DNA from: Lytechinus pictus
Taxonomy: Eukaryota
Length of the DNA: 64,000 bases
Direction of reading: 5' to 3'
NCBI RefSeq assembly: GCF_037042905.1
Contig: NC_087245.1
Location: 41,232,001-41,296,000 of the forward strand
Positions 11,349 to 24,990 of the stretch are shown here, in pieces. Made by a program: the position numbers and the translations under genes. Position 1 is the first letter of the stretch, and each line of letters opens with the position of its first letter. The notes below the pieces were generated by a model. It made no database searches, had not been told where the DNA came from, and worked only from the letters and a program-made list of their open reading frames with translations.

Positions 11349-12569
11349 AAATGATGATGATTAAAATAATAATATTATTATTATTGTTATCATTATTATT
11401 GTTATTATTATTATTATTATTATTAATAGTATAGTAATTCATCACTTTATTAACATTCAAATCGTTCAAACAAAGGAATAAAATATATACAAACATAGAA
11501 GAAAGGAACGCCCAGGACATATCTGAGTAACAGAACAAGCAGGGCATACATAAATAACATAGATTATATTAACATAATAGCATATACAATACATTACTAT
11601 AATTACCCCGAATCAAAATATTAAAACAAGCATGAAATTATTAAAAAGAAGTGCAGTATGTAGAAGAAAAACGGGAACTAAAGCAGTTGAGAAAAGAGAG
11701 GTAGAAATAAAAGAAGGGAGAGATGGCACATACAAAGGTGAAATAAAAAATAGAAGAGAAGGAATGAGAAAGGGGGAGAGTAAAAGAGAGAGGAGAGAGA
11801 GTGAGAGGGTGAGGGCTGGTGGGAGAGAGAGGGGGGGGGGTGTGAGAGAGAAAGAGAAAGAAAAACAACATGTGACTTCCAGGGCATTACATAAATTCAA
11901 ATGATTGCACATAATTATATCATCACACTAATATCAATTTAACTATCATTCTCAAGACACTGACGAATTTACCGCGAGATTTTTAGATATCCACTACGGC
12001 ACTGTCAGATGTGACCATGGAAAGGGACAGGGGAGGGGGGGGGGGCAAGCCGAATTCAATCACAGGGGAAAATACGGTTATACTAAATATGTATATCTCT
12101 CTATCAATATGCTCATATTTTTTCTCCATCTTTTCCCCCTTTCTCCTTATTTTTTTTCTTTTGGTCACCCCCTGCCTACCACCTGTATCGTCGCACCATG
12201 ATGTTGCCCGATCTCCATCTAGAACCAAAACTGAATTATTTATAATCCTCTATACAAACACGGCTGAAAGTTCTTGATCGTAAAAAATGAATTTACTGAT
12301 AATAAAGGAGATAACGGACTGGAGAGTGGAAACTAGTGAGGAGCATGACAAAGAGAAAATAATGTAATCATAAAAGAGGAAAAAGAATTAGATTGCTGCT
12401 ATATATATAAAACCCTCTGTTATGAAAAGGAAGTCTGCGTGCGTGTGGGTGTGTCTTAACACAATGTGGATAATGTTTTATTCTAGTAGCTCACTTTATT
12501 TACAGATCATTATCATTCCCAGGTATCACCGACATCCATAACAGACAAGACCAAGAAATTGAATACATC

Positions 12570-12765
12570 CAGTGACGGATCCGGTGGCTTATACGGTCCG
12601 CATACCCCCCCCCCCCCCTCTTCCTTTGAGAGCCACAACAAATATTCAAACAGGAAATGCAGTGGAAAATGTCTGGCATACGCAAGTGAAGACATTTTTT
12701 TTAAGCTTGTCAGATTTTTTTTCAGAACAAAACTGCCCCCTTGGAAAATCCCGGTTCCGACCTTG
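12570..12765. mobile_element. hAT-like MITE
   Basis: cagtgacggatccgg ... ccggttccgaccttg; 8-bp TSD AATACATC. Confidence 0.7.
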
Positions 12766-13365
12766 AATACATCATTTCAGTCTTGTAGATGTTGTCTAAA
12801 AAAAAATCAGCTAGCTATTTCCTTCTCTTTAAAGAAAATGCAAACTTGAAAGTTCACAAACAAATATGCAATAGGAAAAAAATCCGGACGAGAACGAAAC
12901 AAAAAATAGGGCGAGATGCTTTTTGAAAGAAATAGATTTCAATCTTGAAATGCCAGTCGGAATTATATTTGTGCATTGATGCAATTCATTTTATGTGAAA
13001 GGTCATGCAGTGTCGGCAATATTAGTAGTTTTTGAAGGCACAAATAACAAGAATCTTTGGCGGTCTTCTTGTCGATGTCATATCTAGGTTTTGATGGCGC
13101 CAGGGTAGAGAGTTTGTAGTCTTTTCTTGAGCATACACTGGTCCTGAAAGGAGCGACCAAGGAAAGACGTTTCGGCAAGTAATATCATGTTGTCGTCTTC
13201 AGGAGAACAGGCAAAGTTTAGAAAAACATACTTGTTAACATCACGGGTTTAGGCTGCCCTTACACCGTATTTTCATGAAAAGAATCTTCATAATATTCAT
13301 AATGAAGTATATCAACAGTGAGAGACTTTTATGGGATTAACCAAAGACTACAATCAAGGCTTTGA

Positions 13366-13838
13366 AGAGGGTGTTGACCCTGATGACAAAGGTATTTCAA
13401 TAAAAGCAGAAAAACTAGAGAAAACAATTTGAGAAATGAGGTTCGACGAAACTCCATCAAATAATTAGAAAGTTATGAATTTTCAAAGATTTGAATTTGT
13501 GACGCCATAGTTACGCGAGCAGCTGCCCCATAAATTTTGTCAATGGTTCATGATGACTGAAAATATTTTATTTATAATAGCGAAAATGAATTGATGTGTC
13601 TGATGATATAATAAATGCCCAGGTAAAATAATCCTACTTTTCTAAGAAAATATGCAGTTTATGGAATTTATATCACATGACCAGGGGGGCTGCTCACATT
13701 ATAATGACGTCATAAAACCACAATTGTTAGCATCTGTTACTCTGTTAAACTGGATTTTTGCTAAATCTTCATCAGTATATGTTTATCTTCTTTATCTACT
13801 TCTATGAAAACCAACTTCCCTCGAGGGTAACTTCCCCT
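13366..13838. mobile_element. Degenerate Kolobok-like element
   Basis: Right end agggtaacttcccct|TTAA; left end degenerate; internal aaagttatga and tgacgtca motifs shared with the other Kolobok-like copies. Confidence 0.5.
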
Positions 13839-14263
13839 TTAAATCGATGAAAGATATTAAAGTACCGTCGATATTGCCTGTTACACGACGCGAACAGAAA
13901 AGAGAACAAAATTGGCGGCATAAACGATTATCTAGCATGGATATTTTTGGCCGATCAGTTGCTACGGGGGCTGGAAATTATTCATAAAATGAATTCATTT
14001 TCTTAGCTGTTCGCTATAGCGTGAATATTATTTGACAAAAGACATATTGCTCTGCTGATCCCCAATAAAACTGGGCAGTAATTCGAACTTGATGAGTGAA
14101 CGTGGTTAAAAATAACATCTTCGCTTTTCGGGGAGTGAAAGTGTTTCCCGTTTAAAAAAAACATGGATTTCAAGTGCTATTTTCACAAACAGTTTTTCTT
14201 TTATTCATTTTTCAATTCCATGTTAAAATTTTAATTTGAAAATCAGATATTAGTGCTTATAAT

Positions 14264-14471
14264 TATGATGATTAGTAAGATGGTAGTGATGATGACGGTT
14301 GTGATAGTGATGTCGGTGGTGGTGGCGATGATGATTGTGATGATGGTGATGATGATGGTGATGATGATGATGACGGTGATGATGGTGATAATGATGATGA
14401 TGATGATGATGATGACGACGGTGATGGTGATGATGATGATGATTATGATGATGATGATGATGATTATGATG

Positions 14472-14503
<32 letters not shown>

Positions 14504-14517
14504 CAAAGTGATGATGG
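14264..14517. repeat. (GAT)n microsatellite
   Basis: Direct reading. Confidence 0.95.
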
Positions 14518-14694
14518 TATTAATTTTTTATTTCTCAAGTAATTGAAATTCATATTTTTTTAGGGCACTGTCTATAGTTTAACACTGTTTTGTGTTACTA
14601 CGACCTATGTGATTATCAGTCGATTTATTTATTTTTTTCCTGAAAAACATGATATTTCACTCACTCTATCTTTCTATTTCTCTATCTGTAAATA

Positions 14695-15476
14695 CAGTGC
14701 GTCCCACAAAAAAAAACGAAACCAAGATTTAGCGATGATTTATCATAACTTAATCATAAATACAATAGACAAATTACCTACTAATGTAAAGCTTGGAATT
14801 TCCTTTGTCATCTAAAATCATTTAGATAATTCCTCGTTCACGCATGAGTGAGTAAAAACAATTTGAAGAAAGGATACCAAAAACTCAATTTGCGGGGAGT
14901 ATCTGAATTTCAAAAATAAAATCACATGCGTAAAAAGTTCAGTATCTGCTCTTTTATTTGATACCTTAATCACAGAAAAAATGGTCAAGAAGTAAACAAA
15001 TATTCTGTTCCCTCGAAACAATGCTTGTATTTCCATAAATTTCATTGAATAAACGTGTTTTCACCGGTTTCCCACAGAACTTATCGCACGGTTTTTTAAC
15101 AAAAGGCTTAATGCATGGCTGAACGTCAACAAAACGGAGTGTCGAGTGAGGCTGAACGCTAGCCTGAAAAACCTCTTCATTTAATGAAATTATTGAAATT
15201 CAAGCCTTATTTCAAATAACCAGAACTTTGTTACTTCTTGACCATTTTCTGTAATTGAGGAATCGAATTAAACCCTACAGCCCGTCAAGTGACTTTTTGG
15301 TATCCCTTTTTTATTTGTTTTGCTCACTCATGCGTGAATGAAAAATAATCTAAGTAATTTCAGATAAAAGAATACCTTCTAAGCTTTACAATGGTAGGTC
15401 CTTTATCTATTGTATTTGTGATTAAGTTATGATAAATCGTCGATAAATCTCGGTTTCGGTTTTGTGGGACGCACTG
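14695..15476. mobile_element. Tc1/mariner-like MITE
   Basis: TA|cagtgcgtcccacaaaa...ttatcataacttaatca is inverted to tgattaagttatgataa...ttttgtgggacgcactg|TA; long imperfect TIRs, TA TSD. Confidence 0.9.
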
Positions 15477-15706
15477 TATATATTACTGATCGACGATTCA
15501 CTGAAGTTTTAAGCAAAGTAAGTTTTCATTTTGTTTTGATCGTTTACTAGGAGGCATGCAAAATTTGAAGAGGAAAACAAATCAAATTTAATGTACTGTA
15601 TATGTTTATATATATTTGGCCGTATGTAATTCTTGAAATGTGTGATTTTGGTTGGATTACCATATTTCCTGTTGGGTTTAGCTGAACTGAATACAATGTC
15701 GATATT

Positions 15707-17615
15707 GTTCATGGTACATAAAATTCGGTTCACATCTACCATAGATTGGTGACGATGGCGTTGGTGGTTATTGTGGTGAAGGGGGTGGCGATGGTAGTGG
15801 TGATGGTCTTGGTGATGGTGGTGGTGGTTGCGGCGGTGGCAGTGATGGTGGTGATGATGGCTGTTTTGATGGTGGTGATGACGGTTGTGGTTGTGATGAT
15901 GGTAATATTGTAAACTCTAGATCACCTTTGATAATGGTACATGAAATTCGGTGTACATCTTCTATAGCAATGAGTGGATGGCGTTGGTGGTTATTGTGGT
16001 GAAGGTGGTGCTGGTGATGATGGTGGTGGTGAAAGTGGTAATGATGGTGGTGTTGGTTGGGCGGCTGTAGAGATGATGGTGATGATGGTGTAGTTGTGAT
16101 GATGGGGATTGTAGTGGTGGTAATAGTGGTTGAAATGGTTGCGATGGTGATGATGATGGGTGTAATGATGGTGGTGATGATGGTTGTGGTTGTGATGGTA
16201 ATATTTGAAACCCTGGATCACCTTTGATAATGGTGCATGAAATTCGGTTGACATCTTCTATAGATAGCAATAAGTGTAATGGTGGTGGTTGTAGTTGTGA
16301 CGATGGCGTTGGTGGTTATTGTGGTAAAGGCGGTTGTGGAAGTGGTGATGGTGGTGATGATGGTGGTAAAAGTGGTTATGATTTTGGTGTTGGTTTGGCG
16401 GCTGTAGTAGTGATGGTGATGGTGATGACTGTAGTTGTGACAGTGGCGGTGGTGATGAGGGTGGTAGTATTGGTGGGGAAGGTTGCGATGGTGATGGCTC
16501 TTTTGATGGTGGTGATGATGGTTGTGGTTGTGATGATGGTAATGTGTGAAACCCTGGATCACCTTTGATAATGGTACATGAATTTCGGTTTTACATCTTC
16601 TATCAATAGCAATGAGTGTAATGGTGGTGGTTGTGACGATGGCGTTGGTGGTTATTGTGGTGAAGGTGGTGGTGGTAGTGGTGATGGTGGTGAAAGTGGT
16701 AATGATGGTGGTGTTGGTTGGGCGGCTGTAGAGATGATGGTGTGGTTGTGATGGTGATTGTGGTGGAAGTAGTGGTTGGAATGTTTGCGATGGTGATGGT
16801 GATAGCTGTAATGATGGTAGTGATGACAGATGTGGTCGTGATGATGGTAAAAATGAAAACCCTGTATCGTCTTTTAAAAATGGTATGTACATGAAATTCG
16901 GTTCATATCTACTAGAGACAACAATGAGTGTAGTGGTGGCGGTGGCGATGATGGTGGTGAAAGTGGTAATAATGGTGGTGATGGTTGCAGTGGTTGTAGT
17001 GATGGAGGTGATGATGGTTTTAATGGTATTATTGGAATCCCTGGATAATGGTATATGAAATTCTGATGACATCTACTTTAGATAGCTTTGTGGTTAATGG
17101 TGGTAACGGAGACGGTGTTGGTGGTTATTGGGGTGGAGGTTGTGGTGGTGGTAGTGGTGACGGTGGTGGTGATGGTTGCGGCGGTTTTAGTGATGATGGT
17201 TCGTGTTGTGATGGTGGTGATGATGGTTCGGTTGTGATGGTGGTAATATTGGAAATCCTGAATCGTCTTTGATATTTGTATATGAAACTCAGTTCACATC
17301 TACTGAAGATAGCTTTGAGGTCCATGGTGGTGGTGTTGGTTACGACGGTGGCGTTAATGGTTATTGGGGTGGAGGTGTTGGTTGTGGGGGTAATGGTGAT
17401 GATGATGGTGGTGGTGCAAGTGGTAATGGTGGTGGTGGATGTGGTGATGGTAGTGGGGATGGTGGTGATAGTGGTGGTGATGATTGCGGCGGCTGGAGTA
17501 ATGATGGTGATGCAAATTTGTGGCTGTGGTTGTGATGATGCATGGTGTTGGTGATGCTGGTGATGGTAATATTGAAAACTCTGGATTATCTTTGATAATG
17601 GTGCACGAAATTCGG
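15707..17615. repeat. Composite tandem array: eight conserved ~75-bp cores separated by GGT/GAT-rich spacers
   Basis: Core ggtaatattgaaaccctggatcacctttgataatggtacatgaaattcggttNacatcttctatagatagc at ~15707 (partial), 15901, 16197, 16538, 16846, 17024, 17243 and 17565 (partial). Confidence 0.9.
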
Positions 17616-17939
17616 TGGTGGTGGTTATAGTGGTGATGATGATTATAAAAATAATGGTGGTGGTTGTTCTGATGGTAGTGTCGATTATTGTGATGGAGGT
17701 GATGATGTTGATATAAATTATAGTAGTGGTGGTGGTGGCGGCCATGATATGATGTTTATGTCGACGACGATGATGATAATGATGGTTGTGGTGGTAGTGG
17801 TGGGTTTGCTGGTTGTGATGAAGATGATGCTGGCATTTGTGATAGAGGTCCTGGTTGTGGTAATAATGATGTTGGTGATGGCGGTGATTGTGGTGGTTGT
17901 GGTGATGGCGGTTGTGGTGGTAATGGTGGTGGTGGCGGT

Positions 17940-18385
17940 GATAATGGATATAATGATGATGAAGAAGAAGAAGAACAAGAAGAAGAAGATGATGATGATG
18001 ACGATGATATGATGATGATGAAGAAGAAGAAGAAGAAGATGATGATGATAATGATGATGATAATGATGATGATGATGATGATGATGATGATAAAGAAGAA
18101 GATGATGATGATAATGATGATAATAATGATAATGATGATCATGATGATGATGATGATGAAGAAGGAGAAGATGATGACGATAATGATGATGATAATAATG
18201 ATAATGATGATGATGAAGAAAAAGAAAAAGAAGAAGAAGATGATGATGATAATGATGATGATGATGATTATCATGATGATCATGATGATGATGAAGAAGA
18301 AGAAGATGATGATAATAATGATAATGATAATAATGATGATGATGATGACGATGATGATGTTGATGATGATGAAGATGAAGATGGC
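17940..18385. repeat. (GAT)n/(GAA)n compound microsatellite
   Basis: Direct reading. Confidence 0.95.
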
Positions 18386-18637
18386 TATGTTGGTGGGGGA
18401 GATGGTGCTTGTGCGGTAGTAGTGGTAGTGATGACAGTGATGAAGTTGACTATGGTGCTGATAAAAATGGTGATGGGAATGGTGACTCTGACTGTTAATG
18501 TGTTTACTGTTTCTCAAATGGTATCCATTTACAAGAGTGATAAATCTTGTCTCATGTGAACAATAGCTATCATGAGGGTGGTGGTTATGAGCCATAAAAA
18601 TAGTAGGCTTAGCGATGATATATTTTATTAAGTTATT

Positions 18638-18928
18638 GTCATCATCATCGTCATCGTCGTCATCATCATCATCATTATTGTTATTTCCATCATCATCATC
18701 ATCATCATCATCGTCATCATCATCATCATCATCACCACCACCACCACCACCATCATCATCATCATCCTCCTCATCATCATTATCATCATCATCATCATCA
18801 TTATCATCATCATCATCATTATCATTATCTCCATTATCATCATCATTATCATCATCATCATTATCATCATCATCATCATCATCATTATCATCATCATCAT
18901 CATCATTATCCCCATTATCATCATCATT

Positions 18929-18966
<38 letters not shown>

Positions 18967-19219
18967 TATCCCCATCATTATCATCATCATCATCATCATC
19001 ATCATCATCGTTATCGTCATCATCATCATCATCATTATCATCATCATCATCATCATCATTATCCCCATTATCATCATCATCATCATCATCATTATCCCCA
19101 TTATCATCATCATTATCATCATCATCATCATTATTATCATCCTCATCATCATCAACATCATCATCATTATCCCCATTATCATCATCATTGTCATCATCAT
19201 CATCATTATCATCATCATC

Positions 19220-19251
<32 letters not shown>

Positions 19252-19555
19252 CATTATCATCATCATCATCATCATTATCACCATCATCATCATCATCATT
19301 ATCATCATCTTCATCATCATCATCATCACCATCATCATCGTCATCATCATCATTATCATCATCAGCATCATCATCATTATCATCATCATCATCATCATCA
19401 TCATCATTATCACCATCATCATCGTCATCATCATCATCATCATCATCATTATCATTATCTCCATCATCATCATCATCATCACCACCACCACCACCACCAT
19501 CATCATCATCATCCTCATCATCATTATCATCATTATCATCATCATCATCATCATT

Positions 19556-19586
<31 letters not shown>

Positions 19587-19620
19587 CCATCATTATCCTC
19601 ATTATCATCACCATCACCTC
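18638..19620. repeat. ~1-kb (CAT)n microsatellite with internal higher-order duplications
   Basis: Direct reading; repeated attatccccattatc interruptions and a duplicated (ACC)n block. Confidence 0.95.
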
Positions 19621-20442
19621 CACCTCCAACTTCCAGAACAGCTATCACCGCCAACATCATAATCATTGTTTTTCTTTTGTGAATTATAAAAATGTATCGT
19701 ATACCATCTGTTCTAGCATGTCAAAATAATCTTTGTCAGAGAAACATCACCATAAAAAAAAAAATCACCATCATCAAACCACAACCACCATCATCATCGT
19801 TATTCTCATTCACTTTTCATGAGTTATACAATTAAGACTGAGATTGGGTGTTTCATTGTAAATATGGTGCTGTGTTCAATAATGTACATTCGCTGTGCAT
19901 CAGTTCTCGTGAATAAATTAGTGAGATTCTTTTTTTTAACGATCCATCATATGAATTAGATGGAGTTGACAAATGGATATGGCAACCCTGTGAACAATAT
20001 GGCTCCAATCTCACTAATGGATTCTGATCCAAGCTGTATTATATAGCTGTGTGGCGAGCATGAAGGTGGAGGTCCAGCTCACCTGACGTACTAGTACTCG
20101 TGTTGCTTTCTGAGGCGATAGTGTCCTTTCCCACTTAACAAATTGTGAACAGGGGAACTGTGATGCGTAGGGTAGAGGTGGATTTTAAGGTTATGATAGC
20201 TCTGTTTTTGTCCTTCGAAAGAATATCCTACTCTGCCGTACGTCGGTGACTGTTGATTGTTTGTATTTATTTCCATATAAAAAAAGAATAAAATAGACAT
20301 CTAACAATTGGTATAAATCATATAAAAATATGGAGGATGGTCCAGTATTTTCAAAATAAAACTTTCTCTCCATGGGTTCCTTTACTGATATCCCATGGGT
20401 GGGCCTCATTTCCTATTATTTCTAGTTAACATTGCCTTTTAA

Positions 20443-21042
20443 AGGTCAAATCCACCCCAGGAAAATGTTGATTTGAATAAATATAGAATAATCAAACTAG
20501 CATAGTGTTGAAAATTTCATCCAAATCGGATGTAAAATAAGAAAGTTATGGCATTTTAAAGTTTCGCTTATTTTTTTACAAAACAGTTATATGCACAACT
20601 CAGTGACATGCAGATGAGACAGCCGATGATGTCCATCACTCACTATTTCCTTTGTTTTTTGTTGTTTGAATTATACAATATTTTAATTTTTACAGATTTG
20701 ACAATATGGACCAACTTGACTGAACCATATAGTATTAAACAATGCTAATTCCACGTGTTCAGGGAGGAATTAATAATTTTTTCACTTCACAATGAGGAGA
20801 AAATTATAATATTTCATATTTCATATAATAAAATACAAAAGAATTAGTGAGTGGATGACGTCATCAGTCTCCTCATTTGCATACCAGCCAGGATGTGCAT
20901 ATAACTGTTTGTGAAATTAAGCGAAACTTAAAAATGTCATAACTTTCTTATTTTACATCCGATTTTGATGAAATTTTCAGTGTCATTCTTGAATTTTTCT
21001 CTTTTTATTCAAATTAACTTTTTGTTGGGATGGACTTGTCCT
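20443..21042 (+). mobile_element. Kolobok-like element family K, intact 600-bp copy
   Basis: TTAA|aggtcaaatccacccc ... gggatggacttgtcct|TTAA. Confidence 0.9.
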
Positions 21043-21354
21043 TTAATGATATTCATGAATTACATTTGATATAAAAAGGCTTAACCTGGGACGGCTTTTG
21101 AAAATTATCATGTTTTAAGAACAATTATCCACAGCAAACACACTGGATTCGGTGTACATAGAGGAATGCATCAGTCATTTTAATCAGGTGTTAATTTTCG
21201 GTGTTGGTTCAAAACATTTGGTGTTATTAAAAGGCCTTTGGTTAGTACACTCTTTGGTGTTATGCTCAATCTCTGGGGTTTAATATTAACACCTCAGGGT
21301 GTGGTCATCTAGGTACACTAACTGGTGTCAGCTTTAACACTTCGGTTTTTAGAA

Positions 21355-21604
21355 TTTGCGGGCTTTTGCCCCCCTCCATCCACAAATTTTTCACGACCAA
21401 GAAAAAAAAAGAGAGAGAAAAGGAAAGAAAAGAGAGGGGATAAGGGTTAAATATGATATCATTTTCTGATTATCATGTCAAAATCTATCAGAATTTTTGT
21501 AATGAAATGTCGACATTTTTGCTCGCTCGCAGCTTTAAAAAATTGACTTTACGCGATGCCCCATTATCGAGCCCCCTCAAAATTGTTGGCTCATAACGCC
21601 ACTG
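21355..21604 (+). mobile_element. hAT-like MITE fragment (family also at ~44570-44769, 49525-49794 and inside 60787-62434)
   Basis: Shared cacgaccaagaaaaa...aaaatctatca...gctcgctcgc...ttggctcataacgccactg. Confidence 0.65.
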
Positions 21605-22459
21605 CTTCGTATAAATGATATATATGTGCCAGCCCCAAATTTGATTAAGGCCTACATCATAATGCTGTTAATGACTTTTTGTCAATGACTTGGGCGAAGT
21701 TTTCCTTCTTCACAAACCATAATATCTCCTTTGTTTGTTCTGAAGTCCTCCGTCCTTTCTATGTATCGATAGCGTGTACGATCGATCATTTCAAAACAGA
21801 AATATTCCTGTCGTCTGCGAGGAGTTTGCAACACTTTCTCTCCCATTCTGCGGCACGCATCGTATACATGTGATTATGTCAGGCTATTGAGCTTAATAGT
21901 ACAGAGTGACTGTTTTTTCCCCGGCGTGTTCAGTATTTAACCAAACAGACAAATTATTTTTTCCGTTATTTTTAATTGCATGCAGTTTGTCTGCAGCAGT
22001 TGCACCTCCATTAAAAGACTCCGAAGTGGTACAGATGTTAATTTGACGGCATACCTGCACCGATAGAAAATGCCATTTCCGAGACTTCATGGATTGCCAG
22101 CGAGTGTTGCAGCTATGTAAGTCACTTATACTTCTTCTTTATTTTTTTTCAAATCTTAATTATATTTGTGTGAAATTTTCATTTCATTTTTTGGCCATCT
22201 CCCTTGAAGACATATCCCAGATGTTCACCGATATTCTGCGTAAATTCTATAATGTCAATTGTCCATGTACCATTATTAATATTATTATTGACGTTATTGT
22301 TATCATTATTATCATTATCATTATTATCATAATTTTATAATTTATAACTATTATAAATTTTTCATATAACCATTAAAAAATTGATATTATTATGATAATC
22401 ATCATCAACGTTACCATCATCGTCATCAACATCATAGTAATAATTATTATTATTATAAT

Positions 22460-22559
22460 AAGTAGTAGCAGAAGTAGTAGTAGTAGAAGTAGTATAAAGT
22501 AGTAGTAGTAGAAGTAGTATAAAGTAGTAGTAGTAGTGGTAGTAGTAGTAGTGGTAGTG

Positions 22560-22613
<54 letters not shown>

Positions 22614-22748
22614 ATAGTGGTAGTGGTAGTAGTAGTGGTAGTGTTAGTAGTAGTAGTAGTAGTAGTAGTGGTAGTGGTAGTGGTAGTAGTAGTAGTAGTA
22701 GTGGTAGTAGTGGTAGTAGTGGTAGTAGTAGTGGTAGTAGTAGTAGTG

Positions 22749-22823
<75 letters not shown>

Positions 22824-22825
22824 AT
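22460..22825. repeat. (GTA)n microsatellite
   Basis: Direct reading. Confidence 0.95.
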
Positions 22826-22919
22826 ATAGTAGCAGTAGTAGTAATAATAGCATGGTAGAAGAATTAGTAGTGATTATCACTGTGTGTCGTTCTTACCATA
22901 AGTATCCTCTAATTATATA

Positions 22920-24990
22920 TACACAACAAAAAAGTAAGTCCCCCTAAATCAAATTGCTGTAACTTTTAAACGGAATTATTTTGAGATATGATATTTCGTA
23001 GTTGGTTTTCTACACTCATTGGGCAACTCCTGGTGAGATTGATCGGTTGAGTCATGCATGAGTAATTAAAGATTGAATTAAAAATGACAATTTTTGAAAG
23101 TCACAAGAGTCGTTTTTCAGATTGTGCAAATACAAAGTTGGGCAAAAACTGTTTTTAGGTGAATTTTATGGTGTTATTCTGTTTTACTATCCATCATTAA
23201 CCACTCCACACACAATTTTGATATCGTATGTTCATGGTTGAGTGAGCACAACGTATTGCAGGGGCCGCGTAAGCGGGGGGGGGGGGGGGGGTGGGGGCTT
23301 CACTTTTTTCCAAAAACATGTACAAAAATGTAAAAATGACCATACGATTGTGATTTTTTGCATGGTCAGCCCCCCCCCCCCCCCCCCCACTTTGAAAACC
23401 GTAATTCCGTGGCCTCTGTATTGTGACGTATCTTCATAGGGGTTTATGGTAGTTTCCTCTACAACTTGTTAGATCATGTTGAAATTTGAAAATGTTGGTG
23501 TCTCCCCCGATTATAGGCCCCTCCCCCATTTTAAGATTCTGGATCCACCACTGATTTGTCCATAAATTAAACTGATCATGAGAAATTGTTAGGAAAAATA
23601 CATTTATGCAGTATAAAGAGTATTCATTCCTAAGTTTTCGAATGTGCTCGCTCAACCATGAAAATGTTTTAAGTTCGGAAAGTGTGTGGTGATAGAAATG
23701 ATGGATTATAAAAACAACAGCAATTAAAGTCACATTTGAAACCGAATTTGCCCCCAATATTCACTTTATTACCCTTTAAAATGAGTCTGTGACATTGAAA
23801 ATACCAATTTTCCCTCTTTGATGCGTGCTCACTCATCCATAAATAAACAAATCGATTTCATTTTTGCACAGAATTCTGACCATAGGTTGATAAATATTAC
23901 TGCCAAATGACGTGGCTAAAGACAGCCTTGAAAAAAAGTTCCACCACATTGAATAAGGGGTTACTTATTCTTAAACATATGCATCCATAATGTACACAAG
24001 TCTATGAGAGAGGAAGTCAAAATTTTAACAAATATGAAATGAGGGTTTGTTTCATGGACGGTTTTTGTTACTTCTGCCAACAGTTATTTCATGAAACTTC
24101 GCAGATGGCTTCAGAGTAACACTATTCAAAAGGCGCGCACACCAAAATAACCATTCGATACGGCACAGAGTGGGGCCAAGGCCTTGAACTTTCTTCTCAT
24201 TTGCATAATTTTCGAATATTGTGTGCTCACTGATGCATTAAACATCGGGATTTTCATAAAAATCAAATCAAATGAACTATGCAAGGAGGTTTATGACAGA
24301 TATCCATAGTTACAAATTGCGTTTTTTCCAATAACGTAAAAAAGAACTAATCACATTCCACATGTTCATTCAAGCGTGAATGTTTAATTTAACGCCTTTG
24401 AATCATTGAAGCATGTCAATTGGTCATGAACATAACGAAAACGTTGAGAAAAGATTATTTTCAGTTACCAAAATTGAACAATACATGCCTATGATATTTG
24501 AAAATCGCATTTTTTGTTTTCAATAAATGTTTATTGAACCGTGAAACGATGAATATTGTTGAAGATACACTTCCCAAAAATAACTGTCATCATATTCTAT
24601 CATTTTTATTGATAGAAATGTGTAAAAATTCAATTATAACAAATTTGGACTTGTGTTTATTCAACCGTGAAATTTAGCCAAAAAGTTGTATCGTCTTTTA
24701 GAAAGTACCTTTCACAAGCCTTCTGACTATTTTTCATGATGAGAATGTGGAATTAGTTCCAATAAGATGGAATCAAAGTAATGATATTTGGCTTGTGACT
24801 TTTGAAAAGTGACATTTTTGCTTTCTGACGGTGCTCACTGAAGCATGACGTAAAATACGTCCATAACATTTACTCAGAGGATTGCTTATAAAATTACCTA
24901 CACGATCATGTAAAAATATATTAAAAACTCGCATTGGTTCGGAAATTATTGATGTTTGTTTAAGGGGGGACTTACTTTTTTTGTTGTGCA
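22920..24990. mobile_element. ~2.07-kb non-autonomous DNA transposon (Tc1/mariner-like, TA/TATA context)
   Basis: TIR cacaacaaaaaaagtaagtccccctaaa / tttaaggggggacttactttttttgttgtg; TATA on both sides; no transposase ORF seen. Confidence 0.75.
23259..23418 (+). mobile_element. hAT-like MITE nested in the 22920-24990 element
   Basis: caggggccgcg ... ccgtggcctctg; TATTG flanks both ends. Confidence 0.75.

Noticed and set aside
15707..17615. CRISPR array or mucin-like Thr-rich gene
   Set aside because: Eukaryotic context, no cas genes, cores too long, spacers low-complexity and mutually related; reading frames break at the cores.
17756..19682. Long ORFs (636, 355 and 333 aa; poly-D, poly-S, poly-M)
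   Set aside because: Translations of (CAT)n/(GAT)n microsatellite, open in several frames, with no splice or domain evidence.
22920..24990. Autonomous transposon
   Set aside because: No transposase-like ORF or DDE motif in the ORF track; treated as non-autonomous.
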